Shown: positions 1-11,590 of the stretch, piece by piece
Layout: each line of letters starts with the position of its first letter
How positions within the stretch are numbered: the first letter of the stretch is position 1
Source: Hormiphora californensis
Lineage: Eukaryota; Animalia; Ctenophora
DNA length: 64,000 nt
Assembly: GCA_020137815.1 (NCBI GenBank)
Contig: CM035356.1
Location: 7,254,001-7,318,000, forward strand
Direction: 5' to 3'
The notes under the pieces: model-generated
Database searches by the model: none
Seen by the model: the letters and a program-made list of their open reading frames with translations, nothing else
What the model was told of the DNA's origin: nothing
Translations under genes and position numbers: made by a program

Positions 1-2
1 AA

Positions 3-764
3 ACGACAGAAGAAGGCAACGAAACAATTGAAACAGCGGAAGAAGTAGAAGGCGACGAAGTTAGTGAGGAAGGAGAGGAAGGCGATAATGCTAGTGATGA
101 AGAAGCTGAAGATGAACCTGATATCAGCGAGCTGCTAAAGGAAGAAGCAGAAAGGTACGGTGATATTTATGATGTGGATGGGCTCGATGAGGGGTATCAA
201 CTGATAAAATACAAGGTTCTCTGGGGCTTGAGACAGAGCCTAGTGCTATACAACGCCACCTATATCATTAAAACGGATGGAGATATTCTTGTCAATATGC
301 CTGTCCTGATCAGGAGATTAAAAGTGGCATCCCGGACCGGCCTCTACACAGGATCCTGTTATGCGCACCGTCTAGAACCGACTGTTAGGGAGTACATGGA
401 CATACATGGGAAGTTTCACAATTGGAAATACTGCTTGGGAGGAGGGTACATCTTATCCCGTGATGTGGTGGAGAGAATCATGGACCTGTCACGGGAGGTT
501 GCACGGATTCCTATCATTGCTGAGGATATGTACACGGGGTACCTTGTTACAAGATTACAAGATCCAGTGGTGGTTCCAGTTTCAAATAACGGGTGGATAA
601 AGTTGAATAGAAGGCAGGTTGACCCTAAAATTTTGAACACTATGGTGTTTTTTCACGATCTCAAGAAATTGGAACTTTTTGAACAGACTTTAGACAGCCT
701 CAATGATGCTCCATTTTTACCTGGGGCTGATCAGCACAGTATGGTTCCTGGACATGAATACTAA
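3..764 (+). CDS. GT31 family beta-1,3-galactosyltransferase-like protein, 3' part (5' end outside window)
   Basis: Frame is open from position 3. GT31 motifs present: LKEEAERYGDI, YIIKTDGDILVN (DxD), YCLGGGYILSRDVV and AEDMYTG. No intron in the visible part. Confidence 0.85.
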   Translation, partial: TTEEGNETIETAEEVEGDEVSEEGEEGDNASDEEAEDEPDISELLKEEAERYGDIYDVDGLDEGYQLIKYKVLWGLRQSLVLYNATYIIKTDGDILVNMPVLIRRLKVASRTGLYTGSCYAHRLEPTVREYMDIHGKFHNWKYCLGGGYILSRDVVERIMDLSREVARIPIIAEDMYTGYLVTRLQDPVVVPVSNNGWIKLNRRQVDPKILNTMVFFHDLKKLELFEQTLDSLNDAPFLPGADQHSMVPGHEY

Positions 765-1112
765 ACTACACGTATCTCACATCAGGACTTTGTTCTTACC
801 CTCACTCTAAATGGCGAGAGAAAGGTCGTGGAGATGTGTGATTTTGTGTTTGGTAGAACATTTCCTTTCAAAGTAACTTATTTATTCTTTTCTCAATTAT
901 TATAAATTTAAAATAGTTGGGGGATAACGATTAACGCCAGATTAGATATTTATGGATTTACAATTTAATGACTGGATTTATTTATTTATTCAATCTAATT
1001 TGTATAAATTGAATCACAATCAACATACACGCCCCTGACTGGAATACAACATTCAACGTAAGGCCCCCTCTCATTGTTAACAGACTATCGTCCCATCACA
1101 CCTACTGCTTAC

Positions 1113-1140
1113 CAGGGGCGGTGTGCGGCTTTCAGCCGCG
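1113..1140. mobile_element. Isolated terminus of the hAT-like MITE family seen at 27675-27981
   Basis: CAGGGGCGGTGTGCGGCTTTCAGCC matches the reverse complement of the 27981 end. No partner end with a matching TSD was found. Confidence 0.4.
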
Positions 1141-1896
1141 TCCGCCCACATGGGCCCAGGCTGGCTTGCATCCCCTGGACCCTGTGACCTGTCATCATCA
1201 TCATCATCAATAAACATTTAATATCCCGCTTTTTAGCACATATTACAAACTAACACTAACAAAAAGATAAACCTTAATGGATAGTTTAGAACTTTCTAAA
1301 GCGTCAATGGGGGACTTCACCCCCTTCAGACTCTCACTGGGGCTTTCGCCCCAGGTCCCGGACGGTTACAGCAGCTCGTGACCGAGGCAGGAGGCTACGG
1401 GCTGCCCCTGGAAGTTAAAAAAGGAACACGCCGGTCGCCGACGCGTGCATAAAAAATTAAGGGAAAAAAATTAAAAAGTCTAACTTTGAAACGCAAAAAA
1501 GCTTGGACGAGCAAGCGCGCACACGAAAACAATTCTAGATATTTCGCGCGGCGCTATATTTGCGCGTGCAAAATTTTCTAATTCGTAATAAATCACCTCT
1601 CCAGAATTAAATTCATTTTCATCGAATGAAATAACTTAAATTATCCCTTTCAAACAAATGAAACGTAACTTTTAAATGTCAAATTAAGCTGTTGTTATCA
1701 GAAACAATCATTTTAATAGTCTCGATCTCTTTCAGCTTCCAATTATGAAATTAAACCCAACCCCATTGTTTTTGCAGTAGCGTGAAGTTTATAATTATAC
1801 TTGGTACAGAAAAATAAACTCTTAAATCTCAAAATCGCGTCAAAATCTGAATACAAATTCCAAACGTCTTCTGAGAAATGTCTCTAGGTTATCTTT

Positions 1897-3278
1897 CTAT
1901 TTCGCTCCTCCATCTGATTCTGCTGGCTGCTTACCTGAAAAAACAAATTATATCATTGATTCACTATTGAGGCTACATATATCAATTCATGGAGTATATT
2001 GTAATGGCAACCTCTGCAGCTGCGCTTGCCAGCTCAGTGATTGAGCTAGAACAATGATTTGACTCCTCGGTTAGCTCTGAAACTAAACCCTCTAATTTAG
2101 AGTCTAAAACTCACAATAGTCGATAAAGTCCAGAGCTGCACTGGAAACTATTTAATTACAGTCGGACCCCGCTTTACCGGGATGGTCGGGTGAGAGGGTT
2201 TTGTGCCCGGTATATTGGGGTCAAATACCGCTAATTTCCTCTATCCTCACGGTAAATCGTGGTAAACCGGGGTCCGACTGCACTAAATTAAACGGCCTCT
2301 GCTGAACTTACAATAGTCGACATCTTCTAGAGTCCAGGAGAGTACATTGGTACAACTTAGTTCCAGGGTGGTATTGGTTTGGGGCCATTCTGCAGGAAGG
2401 GCATCCGTGTTTACACCATGGTAACATGTCACCGTACAATTCACCTAGAGATGGGGAGTAAATAGTTATACATAGTACATCAAAATCTATACAATGTGTA
2501 CAAATAAAAATAAAATACGTAAGACGTAGTAGTATACACGAATTGAGCACAACGATAATACTGGTACTTATTGTCAGAAACTTTAAAAATGAAATTCAGA
2601 ACTTTATTTCTCAATCTCCGTCCCTGGTGCAATTGCCACCTATCTCGCACTGTATAATACATGTCTATGCTTCCTACAGCTACCTCTGCTTTGTTTAAAC
2701 TTGTTCTAACTTGGCAATCTTACCTCTGTTCTTGATATTGATCTCTCTGAAGTGCACTCTATCCTCCCATAGCCGTGTGATGGCACCACCTTATCAAATC
2801 TACACAGACCTTTGTAATGATCTGCCCGCTGGACTGGGGGAGAGAGGGGTACGTTAATCGGGGAGCAGGGAGAGCTAGAGGGGAGTGGGGCAGATGGGGA
2901 GAGAGGGGGACGTTAATCGGGGAGCAGGGAGAGCTAGAGGGGGCAGATGGGCAGAGGGGGACATTAATCGGGAAAATTGGGAGAGGGGATGTTAATTGTT
3001 AATTAGGGACTGGGGGAAATAATGGCTGATTGAATAGAATTAGCTATAAGCAAAAGTTTCGAATATAAACCTGTTTATTCCACATACAGACCCCCGATTT
3101 ACTGTGATGCTCGGGGTAAATCGCGATCGGGGTCTGACTGAATAATGATTCATGTTACCTACCGATACTCCAAGAGGGGTTTGTCATTGCGAAGAGGAGC
3201 ACCCCAATTAAAGAGATAACTGTTATCACGATCGAGAATAACTGGCATCTTTTTTCTGTGACCGCGTCTCTCGGTACC
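1897..3278 (-). CDS. Constant exons of a type II membrane protein with a C-terminal Sushi/CCP-like domain (exons 3278-3163, 2833-2724, 2444-2312, 1934-1897)
   Basis: GT-AG junctions have consistent phases (entry 2, then 1, 0, 1). Translation: xVPRDAVTEKRCQLFSIVITVISLIGVLLFAMTNPSWSIVQRADHYKGLCRFDKVVPSHGYGRIECTSERSISRTEVNCTVTCYHGVNTDALPAEWPQTNTTLELSCTNVLSWTLEDVDYCKQPAESDGGAK*. It has one TM helix, a selectin-type 6-Cys Sushi pattern with the conserved W, and NCT and NTT sequons. Confidence 0.8.
2159..2280. mobile_element. Short Tc1/mariner-like MITE (CAGTCGGACCCCG TIR family)
   Basis: TIRs CAGTCGGACCCCG...CGGGGTCCGACTG with TA on the left. Relatives occur near 3086-3140, 24001-24104, 34691 and 48446-54218. 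Confidence 0.7.
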
Positions 3279-4172
3279 CTGGAAATAGAAAGGGAGCTGG
3301 TTAGGGTTGGTACTCTGGAAATGGAAAGGGAGCTGGTTAGGGTTGGAACCCTGGAAATGGAAAGGAAGCTGGTTAGGGTGGTACTTGAATGGAAGGGAAC
3401 TGAGGGGTACTGGAATGGAAGGAATGAGGGTGGTACTTGATGGAGAGGGAGCTGGTAGGGTGGCTGATGGAGGGAACTGGTAGGTTTACTCTGGAAGGAA
3501 AGGGAACTGAGGGGGACCTGGATAATGGAAAGGGAGCTGGTTAGGGTGTATGGAGAATGGGAGAGGGGACGGTTAGTGGCGAAATGGGAAGGGATGTTAT
3601 AGGGGTACTGTGGAATAATGAACTGTTAGGATTGAATAGCTATAGGCAAAGTTGAAGTGTAACAGTTGTTTCTCACATAAAGGACCCCGATTACGTGTGG
3701 TCCGGGTAAATCGATCGAGGTGACTGATTGGTATACACCGATATGAAAGGAGGGTTGGTTGTACTTGCGAAAGGGAGCACCCCGTTAAAGTGGTAACTGT
3801 TACACGATCGGAAAGAGCTGGATCTGTTTCTGTGAGGACTGGTTCGTCTCGGTACCCTGGAAATAGAAAGGGAGCTGGTTAGGGTTGGTACTCTGGAAAT
3901 GGAAAGGGAGCTGGTTAGGGTTGGAACCCTGGAAATGGAAAGGAAGCTGGTTAGGGTTGGAACCCTGGAAATGGAAAGGGAACTGGTTAGGGTTGGTACC
4001 CTGGAAATGGAAAGGGAACTGGTTAGGGTTGGTACTCTGGAAATGGGAAGGGAACGGGTTAGGGTTGGTACTCTGGAAATGGAAAGGGATCTGGTTAGGG
4101 TTGGTACTCTGGAAATGGGAAGGGAACGGGTTAGGGTTGGTACTCGGGAAGGGAAAGGAAGCTGGTTAGGGT
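3273..4172. repeat. 36-bp minisatellite built from the branch point, pyrimidine tract and acceptor of the Sushi-gene TM exon
   Basis: Unit GGAAATGGAAAGGGAGCTGGTTAGGGTTGGTACTCT. On the minus strand it reads CCCTAAC...TCCCTTTCCATTTCCAG|GGTACC. The middle part (about 3380-3860) is noisy. Confidence 0.85.
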
Positions 4173-4492
4173 TGTCATATGGGTTTCCTGTGAGGGCTGA
4201 AGAAATTAAACATGTGACCGGGAGGGACCTGGTACACTGAGCGAGCCCTCTGATCTTGTGATTGGATTAGTTTTGTATTCAACAAGAGTAGTAATTGTTG
4301 ATTAGAGGGTTAAAGGATGGATCATGATTCATTATTAAAAACCGGTCGTTGAAAACCTTTGTCCAGCATTAAACCGCCTAATTGGGAAGATAGAACCGGA
4401 TAGAAATCTAATTGGTACATGACATTATTTCTGGGACAACGGGACAACCTATTATTCGATTACAGGGTACAGCTCCTGTTTTATTTGCTTAC

Positions 4493-4614
4493 TTATCCCT
4501 GCGAGTAAGGTTAGCAGCGTGAGCCCCTGCCGTATTAGGGAACAACTGAGCCTCTTTATCGACCACAGGGGCACTATTATTCACTACCACCCCGTTCTTC
4601 TTGTTCACTACCAT
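4493..4614 (-). CDS. Alternative first coding exon V5 of the Sushi gene (MVVNKKNGVVV...NLTRRD, 40 aa)
   Basis: ATG in an AAAATGG context, in-frame upstream TAG, open 122 nt, strong AA|GTAAG donor in phase 2. Confidence 0.65.
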
Positions 4615-4651
4615 TTTACAATCCGGGATATACTATCTCTGATCTCAGTCT

Positions 4652-4788
4652 CTGGTTACGAATTAACCTAAAGGTGGACTTGGTAACATAGACACCTGGC
4701 GCGACCCCCGCACACAGTCGCGCCAGGTGTCTATGTTACCAAAAGGTCGGCCTTCGCGCGCTGGCAAGGGAGGGTAATTTCGTAACCA
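4652..4788. mobile_element. Small hairpin MITE with TGGTTACGAA...TTCGTAACCA ends
   Basis: Terminal inverted repeat plus a 25-bp perfect internal stem. A relative at about 38797-39636 is interrupted by another MITE. Confidence 0.6.
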
Positions 4789-5279
4789 AACTATCTCTCT
4801 GATACAATTCGAGATAGGGAATGAAAACAAAACAACGGAGAAAAGAAGACATTTACTGGATCATCATAGATGCCCTGGTTATAGTTTGGAAAATGGATAA
4901 ATGATATGCGAGAGAGGGACAGAGACAGAGAGACAGAGAGAGAAAAGAGAGACTCTCTCTTCTCTTAGAGAGAGGACTAATTGGCATTCCGATTTTGAAC
5001 GACCTCTGAACGAAGAAAAAGGATCTGTAGTAATAACGAAAATACTTGCAGGTCCGCCAAAAGCTATGTAGACAATGTTGAAAATAGATTGAACTGCTTG
5101 CACTTGGCATTGAGCAGGGAACTATCATCATAATATCATATTCAGTAAACAATTTCTAAACTCTATAATCCATCTCTCTTCCCTCTATCTATCCCTCCCC
5201 CTCTCGTCCAATCGCATTATATTGTGTACCCCCGGCCCCCTCTATTACATGTCTCTCCCCTCAATCTCCCCCCGTGTAC

Positions 5280-5449
5280 CTTCGCCGAGCGAGTTGTTTG
5301 ACGTCACCCCTCTTGGTCGGATGGATCACGTGAGCACTCACTATCGCTCCGGCAAGATCCGGTCCCAAACTTGCCAATCCATGACCACCCAGTGCAGCGC
5401 CAGGTCGGTCCTGCCCCCGTAGGGGTGCTTTACCATCCACCCGCGTCAT
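5280..5449 (-). CDS. Alternative first coding exon V4 of the Sushi gene (MTRVDGK...KQLAR, 56 aa)
   Basis: ATG with in-frame upstream TGA, open 170 nt, AG|GTACAC donor in phase 2. Confidence 0.55.
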
Positions 5450-6427
5450 ATAGCAGTAGTATCAGAGATGGCCGGAGAGAGTGAGACGATATATGTTAGT
5501 CAATATAGGGCTGGTTATAAGAGAGGAGGAGCGAATGTATATCTCGAACTATACGGAGAATTACCCACACTGATGACTTGCGGGGTCAATGATTATGATA
5601 CAATCTAACTGGTAATCGATTCAATAATCGATAGGCAGAAACTAGTCGACTTTGGAGGAAAATACGGACCGCAAATTAACAAAACCTTATGGACTGTACA
5701 GATTAACAAAACCGCAGCTCCCTCTACAATCGTGATCCCAATTGTGCCACAAATACAGATCTCATTAATTTGGGATGATGCGGGGGTCGAGGTATAATAC
5801 ACATAGCTGCTGCAGCGACTATGTATATCGGATAACTGGTCTATATAGGACTTTAGGGCACGAGGTTCGCGATTTGTTTTACAGCAATTGGCCAATCGAA
5901 CTTTCTTCTTGAGTAATATGAACTTTCATAAATGAAAGAGCAGACCAATTATACGTCTCACGTTACTCAACGACCAATTTCAAGAGATCGACGGCTGAAG
6001 GTGAATAATACAATTAGTAATTCAAGAACTTTAATCACAAATAATGTGCTCCAAGACAAGTGTCCTAAAATTCGTATTAATCTGAAAAGCAGGTCATAAA
6101 AGCTTGTGCATACAGACAGACTATAATCGGCCATTGTCGGTCTTTATCATCACTGCGACACTGCATGTTGCATCGGATATATGCTAATCTGTATTTTGAT
6201 TTCGAAGCAGTTTTAAGACGATTTAGATGATTCTCTTGCAGCAAATAAACTGGCCTAAAATAAAATCCAGACCAAATAAACTCAGGGATGGGGTGCGATG
6301 GGGTGTTCAAAAACTACATCAAATTCACAGAGAGTGAGAGAGGGGAGACAGAGAGACCGAGAGACAGAGACAAAGGCACTGGACAGAGACAGAGACATCA
6401 GACAGACAGAGACAGAGAGGGACCTAC

Positions 6428-6651
6428 CTGGAAACGATAGTCTTGATTGGTGTTTTCTGTTTCAGAGGGTCCTGCGCCCTGTAGCGATCGTACTTTGTTT
6501 GGATAGAAATCTCTTGGAGCGTGGGTGCTCTGCCAGCCTGGTTCAGATCTCTCCTAGACTTCCGATCAGGAACTGGAGATTCAGGTTTAGACCCGAATGC
6601 TTTACTAATCCTTCGGCCACCTTTTTGTAGGTACCCCAGGGCAAGACTCAT
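6428..6651 (-). CDS. Alternative first coding exon V3 of the Sushi gene (MSLALGYLQ...KTIVS, 74 aa)
   Basis: ATG with in-frame upstream TAA and no intervening AG, open 224 nt, CAG|GTAGGT donor in phase 2. Confidence 0.65.
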
Positions 6652-6890
6652 GATACCAGCGGCGAGTGGTGTAAACAATTACCAACGACAAGAGAGAATA
6701 ATATGAACGGCGATGTTGTGCTGGTCTGTCTCCGGTAAAGCAAACAAAGTGAACGTGTCAGATGTAAACAAAGATGGCTGATCCATATGGTAATATGAAG
6801 TATTGAGTTGACCCGATCATTGAGTAGGTACATTACCAAATATGACGACAATTGACACCTATCACGAAACTCATGAATTGGGTAACGGTC

Positions 6891-8282
6891 ATAAATGAAG
6901 TATGAACGTTTGTAGACTGGCGCGTTATCAAGTTGGCTGTTCCCAGCGCGAGCTGGGGACAGCCAACTGGAGTTTAATCGCCCGGCAGGGCGATTAAACT
7001 GGTTTAAATCCCGACGCCGATCCCGAGGCGCCAGCCGAGGGTGAGGGGGAGGTGATTTAAACCTATAACGCGATAGGCTAACAAACGTTCATATTTTATG
7101 AAACCCGATAGTAATTACACACAAATAAGAGACACAACACAAGGTGAAACACACTAGGACTGCTGGCAATTAGTCAACAGACACCGTCAAAATGTGTGTA
7201 GACTTAGTGTCTACTGTTCCTAACATGTTTGAGAAAGAGAGAGAAAGATTAGGGGCAATACACACTGTCAGAGGTAGTGAACAGTAAAAGAGACAATGAG
7301 AGAGAGAAATGAATGGAATGTGATTCTTTTCACTCCTTATGAGAGAGATAACATTGAAACGTGTTGCAGACATGTTTCCCCTTTCTTTTGTTGACAGAAC
7401 TGTGTGTTTACACACATTTTCAATACTTAAAATTTTACACGCATGTTATTCAAATGAAGAGAAACGCGTGAAAAAGGACACTGGCCTGATAAATCACGAG
7501 CAGGGTGTTAAATCCCCCAGCTAGCAGTTATCATGAGCGCGCAAAATCTTCAAACGACTGATAAATCGGCTATCGGGTTTCATAAACTTATGAAACCCGA
7601 TAGCTGATTTATCAGTCGTTTGAAGATTTTGCGCGCTCATGATAACTGCTAGCTGGGGGATTTAACACCCTGCTCGCGATTTATCAGGCCAGTGTCCTTT
7701 TTCACGCGTTTCTCTTCACTTGAATAACATGCGTGTAAAATTCTAAGTATTGAAAATGTGTGTAAACACACAGTTCTGTCAACAAAAGAATGGGGAAACA
7801 TGTCTGCAACACGTTTCAATGTTATCTCTCTCATAAGGAGTGAAAAGAATCACATTCCATTCGTTTCTCTCTCTCATTGTCTCTTTTACTGTTCACTACC
7901 TCTGATAGTGTGTATTGCTCCTAATCTTTCTCTCTCTTTCTCAAACATGTTAGGAACAGTAGATACTAAGTCTACACACATTTTCAGGGTGTCTATTGAC
8001 TATTTGCCAGCAGTCCTAGTGTGTTTCACCTTGTGTTGTGTCTCTTATTTGTGTGTAATTACTATCGGGTTTCATAAAATATGAACGTTTGTTAGCCTAT
8101 CGCGTTATAGGTTTAAATCACCTCCCCCTCACCCTCGGCTGGCGCCTCGGGATCGGCGTCGGGATTTAAACCAGTTTAATCGCCCTGCCGGGCGATTAAA
8201 CTCCAGTTGGCTGTCCCCAGCTCGCGCTGGGAACAGCCAACTTCATAACGCGCCAGTCTACAAACGTTCATACTTCATTTAT
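6891..8282. mobile_element. 1.4-kb palindrome made of two inverted copies of a ~690-bp non-coding mobile element
   Basis: Arms 6891-7585 and 7588-8282 are near-perfect reverse complements. A single copy lies at about 40512-41201. Confidence 0.85.
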
Positions 8283-8403
8283 CATTACTCGGTATCCCTA
8301 TGGCCTTTACCGTGGTCGGTGGAAATTGTAAGTACCTGCTGTCAGAGCATTGGCCTGGTAGTGTAAGTGTACCTGTGAAGTTTTGCTAGTTTTTGTCACC
8401 TAC

Positions 8404-8612
8404 CTAAGGGCAGTTTCTTTGATAGGCCCCATTAATAGTGGATCCCGTTTTCTGTACAGTTCAAATTTAGGGTTTATCCCCTCCACTCTGTGCTCTAAAT
8501 CTTCCTCGTGGTGACCGGCCCGGTCCCGTCCTGGAACCATGGATTGTGGTGCCCGTTCATAGTGGCGTTCGGGAACTGCTCTTTGGAAAGCTCTAAGAGC
8601 AGGACTTGCCAT
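8404..8612 (-). CDS. Alternative first coding exon V2 of the Sushi gene (MASPALRAF...KETAL, 69 aa)
   Basis: ACCATGG Kozak context, in-frame TGA 3 codons upstream, open 209 nt, AG|GTAGGT donor in phase 2. Confidence 0.65.
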
Positions 8613-9054
8613 GGTCGATCAGTTTCGTCGGTGTCAAGCAACACGTTAAGCAAACAGGGTAATAGAGAGTGACGATGTTGTCATATGCTGCTATAATATA
8701 CACTTACAGCTGTATTCTAGTGGTCACGGAGCACTATTGTCGCACTGCGGGTGCATCTCTAGACATATGCACAAAGAATAACAAACCCTGACCGCGGTAC
8801 GAAACCGTGAACGGAGCTTGCCCTGTTGTTTTGAAACCTGATAGGTAGATAAACCTGATAAACCGGCTTATCAAGTCCCTTCTATTGCGTACTGAAGTTT
8901 GTGACAGATGGTGGTGACTGGTGCGTACCAACGCCCAGGAGTTCCAACAAGAAAGAGAGAGAAAGGGGCATAAGAGGGAGAGAGACAGTCAAACAGAAAT
9001 AATAAAGATGACAAACAAGCATACATACATACATACAGTGAGTCTAAACGTTAC

Positions 9055-9299
9055 CTTCCACTCTCGTAGAGTGCTTTATCAAGTTCATCCTCCAAGTTCA
9101 ACCTCTTGAAGTACTTCCCCTCGAAGAAGTCCTCCATATCTCCCATGATCCCCGAGGAGGTATGAGAAGATCCTGAACTCTTCTTTTCCACCATCTCCAC
9201 CTGCCCCTCATCAATAGACCCCTCATCATGCTGGTCGGTTGGTGTTGTTATGGCTGGCATGGGATCATCTTGATCCTCGAGGAGAATTTTCGTTGCCAT
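9055..9299 (-). CDS. Alternative first coding exon V1 of the Sushi gene (MATKILLED...LYESG, 81 aa, acidic)
   Basis: Open 245 nt with an AAG|GTAACG donor in phase 2. A duplicated CTTTTTAG acceptor lies just upstream of the ATG. Confidence 0.65.
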
Positions 9300-9707
9300 G
9301 GGAATATTATGTTGTTGTGGTACTAAAAAGAGGGGAATATGTTGTTGTGGTACTAAAAAGATGGGATGGCAAAGTGCCAGAATTAACAAGGGTGTGATCG
9401 TGGTGCAGAGAGACGAAATCAAGCGATCACGATCATATGGACTCGCTCATTCAATGGCCTGTATGGGCTCTACAATTACGATAACAACAGGTTCAATATC
9501 AAATAGAGGCCCTTTAATTGCCTCCCGATCTAACAGCATGGTGTTCTAGCAAAATAGCGATGGTTCGCGGACGATCCAAAAAGAGCCTTTCTAAAACTAA
9601 TAAAATGTACTCTCTGAGCAATCTGAGAAAATTTTATCTGTCAACAGGATCACAAATCTTTTTCAATAGAATTCGAAAATTAAAGTAAGAAAATATGCCA
9701 AGTATCA

Positions 9708-10650
9708 TAGTAGGGTCGGTTGTGGGAAGTTGGATCTGGAATTATAAATTTGACTTGCTGATATGTTTAGTGACTCTATAAAAAGTCCAAAGCACCATCC
9801 CACAGGTCTCTACCACCCCCGGTTCACTAATTATTCGTAATTATGTGATTTATGACGTTATGGCCAATTAGCACTAATAATACTAGTTCCTGGCCACTTA
9901 GAGCTTAGATTTTGATACCAGATGATAGAGGATGACTAGATTAGTGGGCATACAAAATTTCAGGTCGATCGGAGTTATGGTCGAGGAGTTATAGCCGTTT
10001 TTCCGTTTGGCTGGCGGTTGGCTGGCACCACCTGGGATTACGGGTTTAGGTCGTCGTAGGAGGTCGTGGTTGGTCGTATTCGATCGGGGTCGATGAGGTG
10101 ATCAAAACCTAGTGGGGCCAGACCTTGGCCCCACCCCGTTCTGGGGTTATTAGGATTTTTCGGTTTCCCGCCAAAATATTTTCCCGCCAAAACCGAAAAA
10201 GCTTAATAACCCTAGAACGGGGTGGGGCCAAGGTCTGGCCCCACTAGGTTTTGATCACCTCATCGAGCCCGATCGAATGCGACCAACCACGACCTCCTAC
10301 GACGACCTAAACCCGTAATCCCACGTGGTGCCAGCCAACCACCAGCCAAACGGAAAAACGGCTATAACTCCTCGACCATAACTCCGATCGACCTGAAATT
10401 TTGTATGCCCACTAATATAGTCATCCTCTATCATCTGGTATATCAAAATCTAAGCTCTAAGTGGCCAGGAACTGGTATTATTAGTGCTAATTGGCCATAA
10501 CGTCATAAATCACATAATTACGAATAATTAGTGAACCGGGGGTGGTAGAGACCTGTGGGATGGTGCTTTGGACTTTTTATAGAGTCACTAGACATATCAG
10601 CAAGTCAAATTTAAATTTCCAGATCCGACTTCCCACAACCGACCCAACTA
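9708..10650. mobile_element. Fully palindromic non-autonomous DNA transposon (Academ-like, TAGT...ACTA)
   Basis: Inverted arms of about 465 bp flanked by TCA/TCA. An alternative reading is GT...AC termini with a TA TSD. Confidence 0.75.
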
Positions 10651-10801
10651 TCAGTAGAAGAAAAGAGTGGATCTCAGTGAGAGAACTGAAAAGGTGAAGG
10701 AGATCGGGCAGTGTCTCGATGGTGCATCAGGCACGAACCAGGAAAGGGAAATTAAAGTTGACCCTGCAAGCTCTCACCCCTCCAATGATACAGATGTGTG
10801 G

Positions 10802-11462
<661 letters not shown>

Positions 11463-11590
11463 TCCAGTACCAAGGCTGACCCTTTCTCGCACGCTTCGCT
11501 CAGAAGAGTGGAGCGATGAGAGTGGTCAGTGACCACTGACCCCTGGTCAGGCATCCCGCTGACAGAGCTATACTGTTCTAAGAAGCCAGA

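Noticed and set aside
3420-3860. Apparent second, degenerate copy of the Sushi TM exon and its downstream intron
   Set aside because: It reads as an indel-ridden blend of the 36-bp repeat and 3030-3280. This is typical of a poor long-read consensus, so it is not called as a pseudo-exon.
3290-4172. TTAGGG motifs suggesting telomeric repeat, and the MERELVRVGTLE ORFs
   Set aside because: There is one TTAGGG per 36-bp unit, and it is the reverse complement of the branch point. The ORFs are repeat read-through.
7170-8084. Recurrent ORFs MREITLKRV... and MCKHTVLST... (also 40573-40876)
   Set aside because: They recur only because the non-coding element is repeated, and show no protein motifs.
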